Source: Octopus vulgaris (lineage: Eukaryota). From it: a DNA stretch of 64,000 bases. The stretch covers positions 77,314,001 to 77,378,000 of the forward strand of contig OX597824.1 of the NCBI GenBank assembly GCA_951406725.2. Reading direction: 5' to 3'. The position numbers and the translations under genes are program-made. The first letter of the stretch is position 1. Each line of letters opens with the position of its first letter. Of the stretch, positions 1 to 12,710 are shown in pieces. The notes below the pieces were generated by a model. That model did no database searches. It was not told where the DNA came from and saw only the letters and a program-made list of their open reading frames with translations.

Positions 1-24
1 AATCCCAACATGCTGTCATAGGAA

Positions 25-66
<42 letters not shown>

Positions 67-82
67 GCGCATACAATTAAAC

Positions 83-120
<38 letters not shown>

Positions 121-683
121 CTACTTAATGTCTACACATGTCTACTTAGTGTATTTTTATTTTGTACCTGTGTCAAGTAGCTGGCTCAGTTTCATTGTAA
201 ATATATGTTAATGTATGTTAATGTTATGCACAACAAGCAAGTAGGTGTGCTAGTGAAGAGACGGAAGCAGATATCAGACAGAAATAGATTCAAATGAGTA
301 TGTCAAACACTGGCGTAGAGAAGGAGAAATGAGATGTGCATGAGAATGGCCGGGGGGGTGGGGGGTGGAATTAGATGAGGAGGTGGGGGAAGGGAAAGAT
401 TGAAGATGGAAGATGACATCCCTTATGATGATGGTCATGACGGTGATGATGATAATGATGTTAGTGATGACAGTTATCGCAGTAATGGTAACGATGGTGA
501 TGATGATGAAAATGATGAAGATAAAGATGATCTGGTAATGACAATGACAATGATAACGGTAGTGATGGTGATGGTGATGAAGAGGACAATGATGATGATG
601 ATGATGTGTGGGAGTGTCATACATGTATTTTTCTGTTTCTAAGTGTATTTTGTAGGGCAAGTGTATGAGATTTGTTATGTTTA

Positions 684-900
684 TCTGTGTGTGTGTGTGT
701 GTGTGTGTATGTGTGTGTGTGTCAGTATGTGTGTATGTGCATATGTGTGTGTGTGTGTGTGTGTCAGTATGTATGTATGTGCATATGTGTGTGTGTGTGC
801 ATATGTGTGTGTGTGTCAGTATGTGTGTATGTGCATATGTGTGTGTGTGCATGTGTGTGTGAGAATGTCTGTGTGTGAATATGTGTGTGTGTGTGTGAAT

Positions 901-932
<32 letters not shown>

Positions 933-955
933 GACAGAGAGGGAGAGAGATTGTG
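684..955. repeat. (GT)n-based minisatellite (unit like GTCAGTATGTGTGTATGTGCATATGTGTGT) plus (GA)/(GACA) tract
   Basis: Directly visible repeats; they explain the His/Thr and Cys/Val ORFs. Confidence 0.9.
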
Positions 956-1274
956 TGCAGACTTGAAAATTTGTGTGCCAACAGAAACGTCTGGTGCAGT
1001 AGAAACCACTTATTCAAGGTGCCATGCAGTTGGACTGAACCCAAAACCATGTAGTTGGGAAGCAACATGAGCTACATTTCACAGCTAATTAATTTATTAC
1101 TGAGAACGTCCTTAATTATGACAACAGGCAAAATTCATTTACTTGATTAAATCATACTGCAGTATAAAAATTGTGAGGTAAACTTCATACCTTATGTAAA
1201 TACCTTGATAGAATGGTTTAACAGATGACTGTCTTATAAAGTATCTTACACATATCCTTGTTATTCCAGGTCTG

Positions 1275-1657
1275 TGGAGGCGCAATGGCCCAGTGGTTAG
1301 GGCAGTGGACTCACGGTCGTAGGATCGCGGTTTCAATTCCCAGACCGGGCGATGTGAGTGTTTATTGAGCAAAAACACCTAAAGCTCCTCGAGGCTCCGG
1401 CAGGGATGGTGGTGATCCCTGCTGTACTCTTTCACCACAACTTTCTCTCACTCTTACTTCCTGTTTCTGTTGCACCTGTATTTCAAAGGGCCGGCCTTGT
1501 CACTCTCTGTGTCACGCTGAATATCCCCGAGAACTACGTTAAGGGTACACGTGTCTGTGGAGTGCTCAGCCACTTACACGTTAATTTCACGAGCAGGCTG
1601 TTCCATTGATCGGATCAACCGGAACCCTCGTCGTCGTAACCGACGGAGTGCTTCCCC
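1275..1657 (+). mobile_element. tRNA-derived SINE, family A (tail type 1), full length
   Basis: tRNA-like head with A box (TGGCCCAGTGG) and B box (GGTTTCAATTCC); near-identical copies at 20206 and 61099; 13-bp TSD TATTCCAGGTCTG at 1262-1274 and 1658-1670. Confidence 0.92.
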
Positions 1658-1802
1658 TATTCCAGGTCTGAATAAGAGCATGTCATTGATGGAGTTAAAA
1701 ATGGTGACAAAAGGACTCAGGCAAGCCTTAATTAACTGAATGATTAACTGAGAATGTATCAATTAATTGGTTAACTGATTAACTAGTTTGACTGACGATA
1801 AT

Positions 1803-2013
1803 TCTGTCTACTATAGGTACAAGCCCTGAAACTTTGAGGGAGGGGGCTAGTCGATTACATCATCCCCATGCATAACTGGTACTTATTTCATCGACCCTGA
1901 AAGGATGACAGGTAATGTTGACCTCAGTGGAATTTGAACTCAGAACATAAGGACAGGCGAAATGCCCCTAAGTATTTTACTCAGCATGCTAAAAATTTTG
2001 CTAGCTCGCCGCC
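1803..2013 (-). mobile_element. SINE family C (short-tail variant)
   Basis: Homologous to 10247, 21311 and 32129; 16-bp TSD TTTGACTGACGATAAT at 1787-1802 and 2014-2029. Confidence 0.88.
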
Positions 2014-2562
2014 TTTGACTGACGATAATAGATGAAAGGAAGTGGAACCAGTGTGTATGTGTGTTTATTGGCATAATGACTTTCAAATGGTCCATCAAAA
2101 TATGCTTCAACAAATGATTTCATGCCAAGAATCCTGCAACCCGAATGATAGATTGTAATAATTTAGATGTGAATATTCAAGCTTTTTCATTTCTAATAAT
2201 GAGGTTAATAATTCAAAGAATTGTGATCAGAGGTCACAATCAAGAAAATATGCACAGTGGCAATAAACCTTAGTTTGCAATAAGTAAGCTGTTCATAATG
2301 TGAAATATGTATAAATATATGCATATTTATGTGTATCTCATCGTCATCTTTATCATCCATCCATCATAATCTATCATCATCTGGAAAGAGAGAAAGGGAG
2401 CGAGAGGGGGAGGGAAGAAGAGAGAGTCTAGGAACAAGGTCTGCATGAGTGACAGAGAGTGGAGTGGCGTAGAGGAACAGAAAAAGTGGACGTGTGGGTA
2501 AGTGTGCTAGAAGAAGAATAGTATGACAGATAATTAGAGATGCTTAAGTGCATGGATACACA

Positions 2563-2608
<46 letters not shown>

Positions 2609-2613
<5 letters not shown>

Positions 2614-2745
2614 GGAATTTACGAAAACAAGAAATGAAGACAGGTGTGTAGTAAACAACAAACAGGTGTAGTAGTTTAACGCTTGGGAAGGAACACAAGA
2701 AAATAAAGAGAGAAAGAATAAACAAAGAAGGCTTTAGTAGCTATA
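2609..2745 (-). mobile_element. (TA)n-embedded element, same family as 16362, 44260, 54027 and 61975 (putative PLE terminus)
   Basis: Reverse complement matches the tail ACACCTGTCTTC...TTTTCGTAAATTCCC-(TA)n. Confidence 0.7.
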
Positions 2746-2772
2746 TATATCTTATATAGATATATATAGCTA

Positions 2773-2865
<93 letters not shown>

Positions 2866-2937
2866 CATGTATATATATATACATATATGTATATATATAT
2901 ACATATATATATATGTGTGTATATGTATATGTATATA

Positions 2938-2970
<33 letters not shown>

Positions 2971-2974
<4 letters not shown>

Positions 2975-3085
2975 AATAAGTAACAAGGATGTCATCCTTG
3001 TTACTTATTTGATTTTTATTCACCTTATTTCAAGGTGTGCAAATATTACTGGACTGATTTGGTGCCTCAACTTAAGTACCTAATT
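2971..3085 (+). mobile_element. Microsatellite-embedded fold-back element: 43-bp hairpin (2971-3013) plus short tail
   Basis: ATCAAATAAGTAACAAGGATG-T-CATCCTTGTTACTTATTTGAT is a perfect inverted repeat abutting (TA)n. Confidence 0.7.
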
Positions 3086-3639
3086 CAACACACACACACA
3101 CACACACACAGAGGCACATATAAGTGTACCTCAAGTTATGTCTTTTGACTTTACATTGGTCTCAAAGTACATTTAACTTCATAAAAATGAAAATCACACC
3201 TAAAAAACCAATACTTCAGTGGAAAATAAAATAAAATACACGTGAAAATATGTACAAACCATTTATTAACACTAATAAAAACTAATCAATTTTAAGAAAT
3301 GTTCATATTTACAACGTTTATGCTTATTTACATGGTTTTTGGGACTAATAAATTGGCATTCCACAATGAGGTAGATTTGAAGTTTGTATCAAGAAATTCA
3401 AAGATGTTTTTGTGTTTATTGTGTATAAATTTGTGCTTTTTTTCATACATCATGTCTCCCATCAAGAAAGTTCCTGTGGCTAAACCTTGCCCTGGTGGTC
3501 ATAAACCTTATGTATTTTCTTTGGCCGATGAATTGACCAATGACTGAATGCTATGTAAAAGGTAGAAAGATGGTAGTAATTGCACACACTAATGGCTTAA
3601 GTCAGACAAGGATATCTTTAGCTATTCAGACCATAACCT

Positions 3640-4020
3640 TGTGGCCTATGCCAGGGATGTAACTAGCCCACTTATGTCTACCTTTCCTTCATTGGACTCT
3701 AAACTCTGCTTGCGAAGACCTGTTGAGGCAAGTAAAATCAAAATTGAAATCAAATTCGATAACTGGCATCCGTGCTAGTGGAGAGCTAAGAGGTACCATA
3801 CGAGCATGATTGTTGCCAGAGCAACAAGCTGGCCTCTGTGCTGGTGGCACATAAAAAACACTGTTCGAGCATGATCGTTACCTGCATCACCTTACTGGCA
3901 TTTGTGCTGGTGGCACGTGAAAAAGCATTTGAGTGAGGTCATTGCCAGTGCCTCTGGACTGGCGCCTGTGCAGGTGGCACATAAAAAGCACCATTTAAGC
4001 GTGGCCATTGCCAGTACTCA
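3640..4020 (+). mobile_element. RTE-type LINE 3' UTR fragment (family D) with internal tandem units
   Basis: Repeated GTGCTGGTGGCACRTAAAAAGCAC units; matches the reverse complement of 47250-47515. Confidence 0.75.
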
Positions 4021-4169
4021 ACTGCTACTCATTGGAAAGTGAAGGAAATCAGAACACAATGATTAGACTGCTGGCATGATGAAATAGTACCTTTATTTGT
4101 ATACCCCTAACATTGCCTTAAATGAATTTAAAATATATAGATATATATATACTATATATGTACATACAA

Positions 4170-4630
4170 ATATATAAAAGTTTTTCAGAATGAGATAAAA
4201 ATCGAAGGCTGTGGAAAGATTTTAGAACATTTACAAATAGAAGGTCTTACAGCTGTTTCTGGGATATTTTATATATCCCTTCATCGGAGACGGTGTGAGA
4301 AAATGGTTTAAGCAATAGTTATTCTAAATAAGAAATTACTATTGCTTAAACATTTTCTCATACTGTCTTCAATAAAGGGATATACAAAATATCTCAGAAA
4401 CAGCTGTAAGACCTATTTATAAATGTTCTAAAATCTTTCACAGCCTTGGATTTTTATCTCATTCTGAAAATTTTTTTATATATACCCATGTTGATATATG
4501 ACCTACGTTGGACTCTTCATTCACAGAGTCACCGAAACTGAAGCTTAACTATAGTTTGACCATAGCACTTATTCAGCATTACCTGACACCTTTGGGTCTT
4601 ATTGATACCATTACCTCTCATAACCTACAT
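4170..4630 (+). mobile_element. (TA)n-embedded fold-back element with arms of about 155 bp (4170-4483) and an HHR-like motif; putative PLE inverted terminal repeat
   Basis: Arms are reverse complements with scattered mismatches; unique tail 4485-4630 followed by (TA)n. Confidence 0.8.
4244..4291 (-). ncRNA. Minimal type-I hammerhead ribozyme-like motif
   Basis: GUCU-CCGAUGA-A-GGGAUAU(AUAAA)AUAUCCC-A-GAAA-CAGCUG-UA-AGAC gives helix I, core, helix II and a palindromic helix III; a decayed copy lies on + at 4365-4412. Confidence 0.65.
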
Positions 4631-4880
4631 ATAAATATATATATATAAGCACATACACACACACTCACATATATATATGCACATACAAACACACATGCAT
4701 ATCCACACACATAAACACTGTAGTAATATACATATAATGTAATGTGTTAAAGAAGTAAATTTGAGCAAACATATCCACATCATTCTATATAAACCTATTG
4801 AAGAAGACAAGACATTCGTACCAAAGATGACAGCTGTAGTTAGAGTTTTTGCTGCTGTCACTGGTTTTTATATGATTCTG

Positions 4881-5537
4881 TACATACATACATACATACA
4901 TACATACATACATACATACATACATACATACATTCATACATACATACATACATACACACATTCATATATACATACATGCATACATACATACATACATTCA
5001 TACATTCATACATACATAGATACATACATACATACATACACTCACACATACATACATACATACGTACATACATACACACATTCATATATACATACATACA
5101 TACATACATGCATACATGCATACATACATACATACATACATACATACATACATACATACATACATACATACATACATACATACATACATACATACATACA
5201 TACATACATACATAGATACATACATACATACATACACTCACACATACATACATACGTACATACATACACACATTCATATATACATTCATACATACATACA
5301 TGCATACATGCATACATACATACATACATTCATACATACATACATACATACATACATACATACATACATACATACACACATTCATATATACATACATACA
5401 TACATACATGCATACATACATACATACATACATACATACATACACACATTCACATATACATACATACATACATACATGCATGCATGCATGCATACATACA
5501 TACATACATTCATACATTCATACATACATACATACAT

Positions 5538-5577
<40 letters not shown>

Positions 5578-5580
5578 ATG
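4881..5580. repeat. (TACA)n microsatellite array of about 700 bp with higher-order repeats
   Basis: Directly visible. Confidence 0.97.
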
Positions 5581-6452
5581 TACATACATATGAGTGTGTG
5601 TATGTATCTGTGTCTGTGTGCATTGTATGTATATGTTTGTGTACGCATGTATATTATAAAAATGAGAAAATGATATGTGAAGCTGAGAGATGTGAATGGA
5701 AAAGTATAACAAGAAGAACATGAAGACAGCAATAACTTGCTACTACTGCTGCCACTGCTGCTGCTATCAGCAACAACAATAAAGGTTTCTGATTTAGGCA
5801 CAAGGCCATCAATTTTGAGGTGAGAGGATTAGTGGATACCATCGACCCCAGTGCTTGAGAGGTACTTTATTTTATCGATTCAGAAAGGATGAGAGGCAGC
5901 AAATAATAATAACGATAATAATAACAATAGGGATGACAATAATCATGATGATGATGATGATGATGATGATGATTATAATTTGTAACATTGGTACAAGAAG
6001 AAATTCGGAGGGGGGCGGTGCAAGTTGGTGGGGTGGGGGAGTATTATCGATTAGATTGATCTTAGTACTTGACTGGTACTTTATTTTATTGACTCCAGAA
6101 GGATGAAGGTAAAGTCGACCTTGGAAAGATTTAATAATAATTAAAATAATAATTCCATTTAGATATAGAATCATGCGAAGAATTGGTAAAGAGAGAGAGA
6201 GAGAGAGACAGAGAGAGACAGAAAGAGACAGACAGACAGACAGACAGAGAGAGAGAGAGAAAGAGAGAGAAAACAGGGGATAGAGACAGAGTGAGAAACA
6301 TCTATGTGTGTGTGTGGATGTGTGTGTATGCGTTTGTTCATGTGTGTCTGAAAAAGAATTAAAAGGAGACAGAAAAAGAGAGATTGAGAGAAAAAGAGAC
6401 AATAGATATGTATGTGTGTGTGTATGCATGTGCATGTGTGTGTGTGTGTATG

Positions 6453-6595
<143 letters not shown>

Positions 6596-6952
6596 GGTTG
6601 AGTGCTAGCATGAAACTGAATGAGAGGAAGAAGGGAAAGAGAGAGAGAGAGAGAGAGAGAATGAAGGAGGAAATGCAGCAACTAGAATGGTTAAAAAAAC
6701 AACTCACAACTGCTAAGAGATAAACTGCATGACTATTGATTATTTCTTGTTACCAAAGAAAATTTGAAATATAAATAACAGAAAAAAAAAAGTAAAACGA
6801 ATAAATGAATAATAAAATAAAGTAAATAAAACAATAAAGATAGCAAAATATTAAAGATATGACAAAAAAAATCCAAAAATAAAATATCGAATGAACACAC
6901 AAAAACACCGACCCACCCACACGCAGACATACATACATAGATGCATACATAT

Positions 6953-6999
<47 letters not shown>

Positions 7000-7240
7000 T
7001 ACATGTATATATATATATATAAATAGATACACACACACATGCACACGCATGCATACACACACACACGTACACATATACACAGACAAGCACAGATAAATAT
7101 ATGCAAACATATAATATTCAGACATGTGTGTGTATGCAAACACAAGCATATACTATCACATATATATATTTACATGAGTGTATATGCATATATATATATA
7201 TATCTGTAAATATATGTTTATATGTATATATGTGTGTGTA

Positions 7241-7292
<52 letters not shown>

Positions 7293-7604
7293 TGTGTGTT
7301 TGTACACATACATATATATAAAAACATATATGCATATATATATGTATGTGCATGTATATGTATGTATGTGCTGACACACAACTGTTCATCAGTAGAGAAT
7401 ATGGTTTCTGTTGACGAAAAAAATTCTAAGAAGATTACTAAATATGGATTAGTTCTATAGAATTCTGAAATTATCAGGTTTGTAGGTTATGAAAAGGTAA
7501 TCCGTTCAGCATATACACATGTATACATATATGTGTGCGTGTATATGTATACATGTATGCGTTTATGTGTATAAGAGTGTGTCTGTCTAAGACTCATTAT
7601 AAAC

Positions 7605-7930
7605 TTGGTTGAGTGGTTAAGAAGTTCATTCCAGAATCATAAGGTCTTGTGTTCAATCCCACCACATGCCATCTTATATAAATGTCTGTTTGCCTTGTTT
7701 TACATTGATCAAGTTTTGTGATTGAAACTGGATTGGAAGATTCTGTGCAATCATGTCAAAGATAGCTTGTACCAGTAATTCAAACATCCAGCCTTGTCAA
7801 TCTATATCACACTGATTCTGCTGCCAGAGAATCATGTTAAGGGTACACATGCCTGAGGAATACTCAGCCTATTTAAACGTTAATTAAATCCCAGTTGATT
7901 GAACAATGAGTACTTGATTATCGAAACTGT
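7605..7930 (+). mobile_element. Old, diverged tRNA-SINE with a family A-like tail
   Basis: Degenerate A/B boxes; GTTAAGGGTACACATG...ATACTCAGCC matches the family A 3' part. Confidence 0.6.
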
Positions 7931-8041
7931 TTGTATGCATTTTTGTTCCATACATATAATCTGTCTGGATAACATATATACAGACATACACAAGATATAC
8001 TCCCCATACAACATATAGCACTCACACATACATACTCTCAC

Positions 8042-8087
<46 letters not shown>

Positions 8088-8148
8088 TACACAGTTAATA
8101 AAAAAGCATATATCAGAAAGAAGCACACTCTACAAATATGGAGCAGTA

Positions 8149-8251
8149 ATTATAACAAAATTTCATATAGGGTCACCCAAGGTTTAACACAAAGTTTTAG
8201 CCTTGAGGGTGTGAAACCTTAGGTAACCCTATATAAAAATTTTGTTGTAAT
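8149..8251. repeat. Imperfect hairpin (arms of about 42 bp) within a (TA)n-flanked element
   Basis: ATTATAACAAAATTTCATATAGGGTCACCCAAGGTTTAACAC versus GTGTGAAACCTTAGGTAACCCTATATAAAAATTTTGTTGTAAT. Confidence 0.75.
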
Positions 8252-8275
8252 ATATATACATATATATATATATAC

Positions 8276-8361
<86 letters not shown>

Positions 8362-8449
8362 TATAATATATATAATGCATATAATATATAATATATAAGA
8401 ATATATATATATATATATATTATATATATGTATATTCTTATATATTATT

Positions 8450-8945
8450 TTTCAGTCAGTCCTAAGGCTGTGGCCATGCTGTGGCACCTGTGTACAGACA
8501 ATTTGTCGACAGACAATTCGCTGACACAATATTTTTTTTATAAATAAATTGTTTTTATTCGTAAGTCTAATAAATCCTTTTAGTAATTCTTACTGATTAT
8601 AAAAAATGTAGAGATTATCCTTTTGGCAAATTGTCCTGTCTGTAAGTTGTCTGTTGGCCAAATGTTTGTCAATGAATTGTCCATCTACCGGGGCACCACA
8701 AGCATAATCACCTTTGCAATGGCCAATTTTATATGATTGGCTTTTGGTAAAAGAGTGAGTTCGATACTGCTGCCTTCTTTTGAGTTTCTTGCCTTGATAT
8801 TGGTTTTTTCAGGACCTTGGATAGCAAGCAGTCGTTTCTTTAAAATATCTATCCCCACTCCATGAAGATCCTTCAGATGTTTTGGCAAGGCATTAAATAG
8901 CCATGGACCCTTGAATCCCAAGCTATTGCAGTACATGGTACTCAC
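8450..8945 (-). pseudogene. 3' end of a CR1/L2-group LINE (ORF2 C-terminus plus 3' tail), interrupted by a MITE
   Basis: CNSLGFKGPWLFNALPKHLKDLHGVGIDILKKRL resembles the post-RT C-terminus of CR1/L2-group ORF2; tail GGTGCC.CAGCATGGCCACAG is shared with SINE family B. Confidence 0.7.
8489..8689. mobile_element. Non-autonomous DNA transposon (MITE) with inverted arrays of ~15-bp subterminal repeats
   Basis: GACAATTYGYCGACA-like units are inverted at the two ends; 8-bp TSD GTGGCACC (8481-8488) / GGGGCACC (8690-8697). Confidence 0.65.
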
Positions 8946-9002
8946 TCTATATTATATGTATATATTACATATGTATATATATTATATGTGTGTGCGTGCG
9001 TG

Positions 9003-9072
<70 letters not shown>

Positions 9073-9075
<3 letters not shown>

Positions 9076-9180
9076 ATGCCCTTCCTAACGTCAACCACTC
9101 CGTGAGTGTAGTGGGTGCTATTTACTTGCCACCCGCACAGGTGCCAGACAGAGCTCAACGGCCACGAACGGATGGTACTG
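9073..9180 (-). mobile_element. Family D (RTE 3' UTR) fragment
   Basis: GGATGCCCTTCCTAACG..AACCACTCCG motif. Confidence 0.75.
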
Positions 9181-9227
9181 ACATACTTGTATCAGTTGTT
9201 TGTGTGTGTATATGTGTGTTTACCTTC

Positions 9228-9409
9228 CCTTCTACTTGTATCAGTTGCTTCATTGTGGCCATGCTAGAACACCACCTTTAGTTGAACAAACCGAGCCCAT
9301 GACTTATTCTTTGTAAGCCTAGTATTTAATCTATTGGTCACTTTTGCCGAGCTGCTTAGTTACAGGGATGTAAACATACTAACATCGATTGTCAAGCAAA
9401 GATGGGGGC

Positions 9410-9446
<37 letters not shown>

Positions 9447-9607
9447 GTCAGGCTTCTTTCAGTTTCCATTTACCAAATCCCCTCACAAGGCTTTGGTCGG
9501 CCCATGCTATAGTAGAATACACTTACCCAAGATGCCATACAGTTGGACTGAACCCAGAATTCTGTGGTTGGGAAGCAAACTTATTACCACACAGCCATGC
9601 CTGCACC
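9228..9607 (-). mobile_element. SINE family B, diverged
   Basis: Homologous to 12306-12710. Confidence 0.85.
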
Positions 9608-9629
9608 TATATATATATATATATATACA

Positions 9630-9665
<36 letters not shown>

Positions 9666-9668
9666 CAC

Positions 9669-9700
<32 letters not shown>

Positions 9701-10246
9701 ATATATATATATATATGCGTGTGTACATATATATAAATATGGATGTATGTATACATATATATTATATACACCCACGTGTGTGTGGGTGTTTGCATGTCTA
9801 TCATCACCTATATAAGATTATGTGTCGACATAGTTTTACGTTAGTTCTTTTCTTTTCTGTATTTTGCACAAATCCTTTTCAGTATAATTTTTCACAATTT
9901 GTTATGGTTCTTAGTCATCTCTTGAATTTCAACCACTCTTGGTTGCTCTTTGTTGTTTCTTCCCATGGTCTCCTTCAACAGATTACTTCCACATGAATCA
10001 CTTAGTACATCTTTACCCAACTATCATCATTCATATGAAAGACACATGTCTGGAGCAGCACTGTCTCCTCTCTTGCATATTGAATCTTGGTTTTATTTTT
10101 TTGTTTCTTTCACAGAACACTTGTGCTTTGTCATTGAAGCATACTATCATTACGCATCCAGCAGAGCATGCTTACTTCATTTCTTCCTATCTGCACATTC
10201 TCTCTATTCAAGTACCCATGCTTCACTAGCATGGGTACTAGAAACT

Positions 10247-10476
10247 TATTTCTTTACTACCCACTAGGGGCTAAACACAGAGGGGACAAACAAGGACAGA
10301 CAAATGGATTAAGTCGATTACATCGACCCCAGTGCTAACTGGTACTTAATTTATCAACCCCGAAAGGATGAAAGGAAAAGTCGACCGCGGCGGAATTTGA
10401 ACTCAGAACGTAACGGCAGATGAAATACGGCTACGCATTTCGCCCGGCATGCTAACGCTTCTGCTAGCTCGCCGCC
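10247..10476 (-). mobile_element. SINE family C, young copy
   Basis: Near-identical to 21311, 26027 and 32129; 13-bp TSD GGTACTAGAAACT at 10234-10246 and 10488-10500. Confidence 0.92.
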
Positions 10477-10596
10477 AATACTAGAATGGTACTAGAAACT
10501 GAACCCAGAACCATGTAGTTCAGAAGCAAGTTTCTTACCACACGTCCACGCCCACGCCTGTACATGTTTGCTTGTGACTACATTGGTACCGAAAAC

Positions 10597-10744
10597 AAAT
10601 ATTCAAAGCATGGTATGGACAACCGAATAGTAAAAGCATGGTATGAATAAGCAAATAATAAAAGAATGGTATGGATAACGGAATAGTAAAAGAATGGTAT
10701 GGACAACCAAATAGTAAAGGTATGATATGAATAAGCAAATAGTA
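10597..10744. repeat. 28-bp minisatellite (AATAGTAAAAGCATGGTATGRAYAASCA), about 5 units, resuming at 11290-11312
   Basis: Directly visible tandem units. Confidence 0.85.
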
Positions 10745-11287
10745 TTGGGTTGTCCGGAAAGTTCATGCCAATTTATAGTAGCTTACATTTCGACTTATTT
10801 TAGAACATTGTTGAGTCCATAAAATAGAATTTGACTACACTGCCATTTAGAGCACAGTTTAAGCTATCTTTTCGTGGAAGAAGGTTTATGTTCCTATAAC
10901 CTGTGTTAATTCTGTAACCCTTTAAAATGGAAGATAAGAAAGTTCATTTTCGGCACTTGATGCTTTGGGAACCAGACTAAAATTGCTGCAGCTTGGCTGA
11001 GATGTATTACCCCGCTCCTTCAAATTTCCACTTATTCAGGTCGCTGCAGAATAGTCTTAATGGTAAAAATTTCAATTCCTTGGAGGACGTAAAAAGATAC
11101 CTTGATGAATTCCTTGCCATGAAACCACCTCAATTCTGAGAAGAGGGTATTTTCAAGTTAAAGGAAAGATGGAGATGCATTGTGCAACAAAATGGTTCAT
11201 ATTTGGTTGATTAAAAATGTAATGGCAAGTATTTACTGACCTTTTTCTTTCCTTTAAAAATCGGCATGAACTTTCCGGACAACCCAA
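10745..11287 (+). mobile_element. Internally deleted mariner transposon
   Basis: TIRs TTGGGTTGTCCGGAAAGTTCATGCC / GGCATGAACTTTCCGGACAACCCAA with TA TSD; transposase remnants MEDKKVHFRHLMLWE (10927) and FHLFRSLQNSLNGKNF...KLKERWRCIVQQNGSYLVD* (to 11214) with internal stops. Confidence 0.93.
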
Positions 11288-12161
11288 TAAGAAGCATGGT
11301 ATGAAAAACCAAGTGGCACATGATCGCAAGTGACATCTAAGCAGTTTCTTTTTCTGTTCCTTCGTTTTTTTATCACATATCACAGAATTTTCAATTCTTT
11401 TATAGTGAGAAACACTTTGCTACCAGCAATGTTAATAGATCCCTGAACATTTTACACCCTATTCATATTCTGGTTATTAAGTTTCAGAACATCACCACAC
11501 AACTGCTGATTTTGGTCACCTAGGTAACAGAAGACTGTCAAGTATTTCTAGGGAGCCTTGTAGGAATTTAAAAGAACTACACACCAATAGTTCTCCTACT
11601 GTTAATTACTCTTGTGCATCTGCTACAGATAAAAGCTTTCTTTTCTATCAGCCTGCCTGTGATGCTGCTTCACTTCATAGTATACATTGCACCCATAATT
11701 TAACAGGGTGCACTCATACTTATATTGGGTACATGGTTGAGAGTTCTACTTACACCCTTCTTCTGCATATTGAGCATAACCAACTCTCTCAGTAGAGTTT
11801 TGTCCTTTACCTTTTTATTTTTTTTATTCCTTCTAAGATTTCTGTCTTTGCTTTGTTTATTTTGAAGCATATCGATTCTTGACATAGCTTCAAAATTTGG
11901 AATTTCTTCTCAAATTCTTAAACGAGTTCAGCCTTAAGAATTATACCCACACATATGCACGTTATGTACACATACACACACATATATATATATACACACA
12001 CTTATACATATGTACACACACATAGTTTGTGTTTATATACACTACTATCACATTACCATTAACAGATATACATGCACATATACACCAACAAACCTTAGTA
12101 CTGAGCCATGCAATTGTGTGTGAATATGTGAGTGTGTGGGTGTATGTTTGTATATATATAT

Positions 12162-12231
<70 letters not shown>

Positions 12232-12305
12232 GCATATATTTGTATGTATATGTTCGTATATGTAAGTATTCATATGTTGTATATATATATATATTTGTAT
12301 TTAAT

Positions 12306-12710
12306 AGGCGCAGGAGTGGCTGTGTGGTAAGTAGCTTGCTAACCAACCACATGGTTCCAGGTTCAGTCCCACTGCATGGCACCTTGGGCAAGTGTCTTCT
12401 GCTATAGCCCCGGGCCGACCAATGCCTTGTGAGTGGATTTGGTAGACGGAAACTGAAAGAAGCCTGTCGTATATATGTATATATATGTGTGTGTGTGTGT
12501 GTTTGTGTGTCTGTGTTTGTCCCCCTAGCATTGCTTGACAACCGATGCTGGTGTGTTTACGTCCCCGTTACTTAGCGGTTCGGCAAAAAGAGACCGATAG
12601 AATAAGTACTGGGCTTACAAAAAATAAGTCCTGGGGGGTCGATTTGCTCGACTAAAGGCGGTGCTCCAGCATGGTCGCAGTCAAATGACTGAAACAAGTA
12701 ACAGTAACAG
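12306..12710 (+). mobile_element. SINE family B, full length, with internal microsatellite
   Basis: tRNA-like head (TGGCTGTGTGG...GGTTCAGTCCC); more than 10 copies in the window; tail CAGCATGGYCGCAGTCAAATGACTGAAACAAG. Confidence 0.92.

Noticed and set aside
1275-1350. tRNA-Arg-like sequence (also at other SINE heads)
   Set aside because: The cloverleaf is imperfect and is always fused to a SINE body with TSDs, so these are not tRNA genes.
3780-4020. Regularly spaced GGTGGCACATAAAAA repeats
   Set aside because: These are internal tandem units of the family D RTE 3' UTR, not a repeat-spacer array.
10597-10744. 28-bp repeats resembling a CRISPR array
   Set aside because: The units are head-to-tail with no unique spacers, there are no cas genes and the context is eukaryotic.
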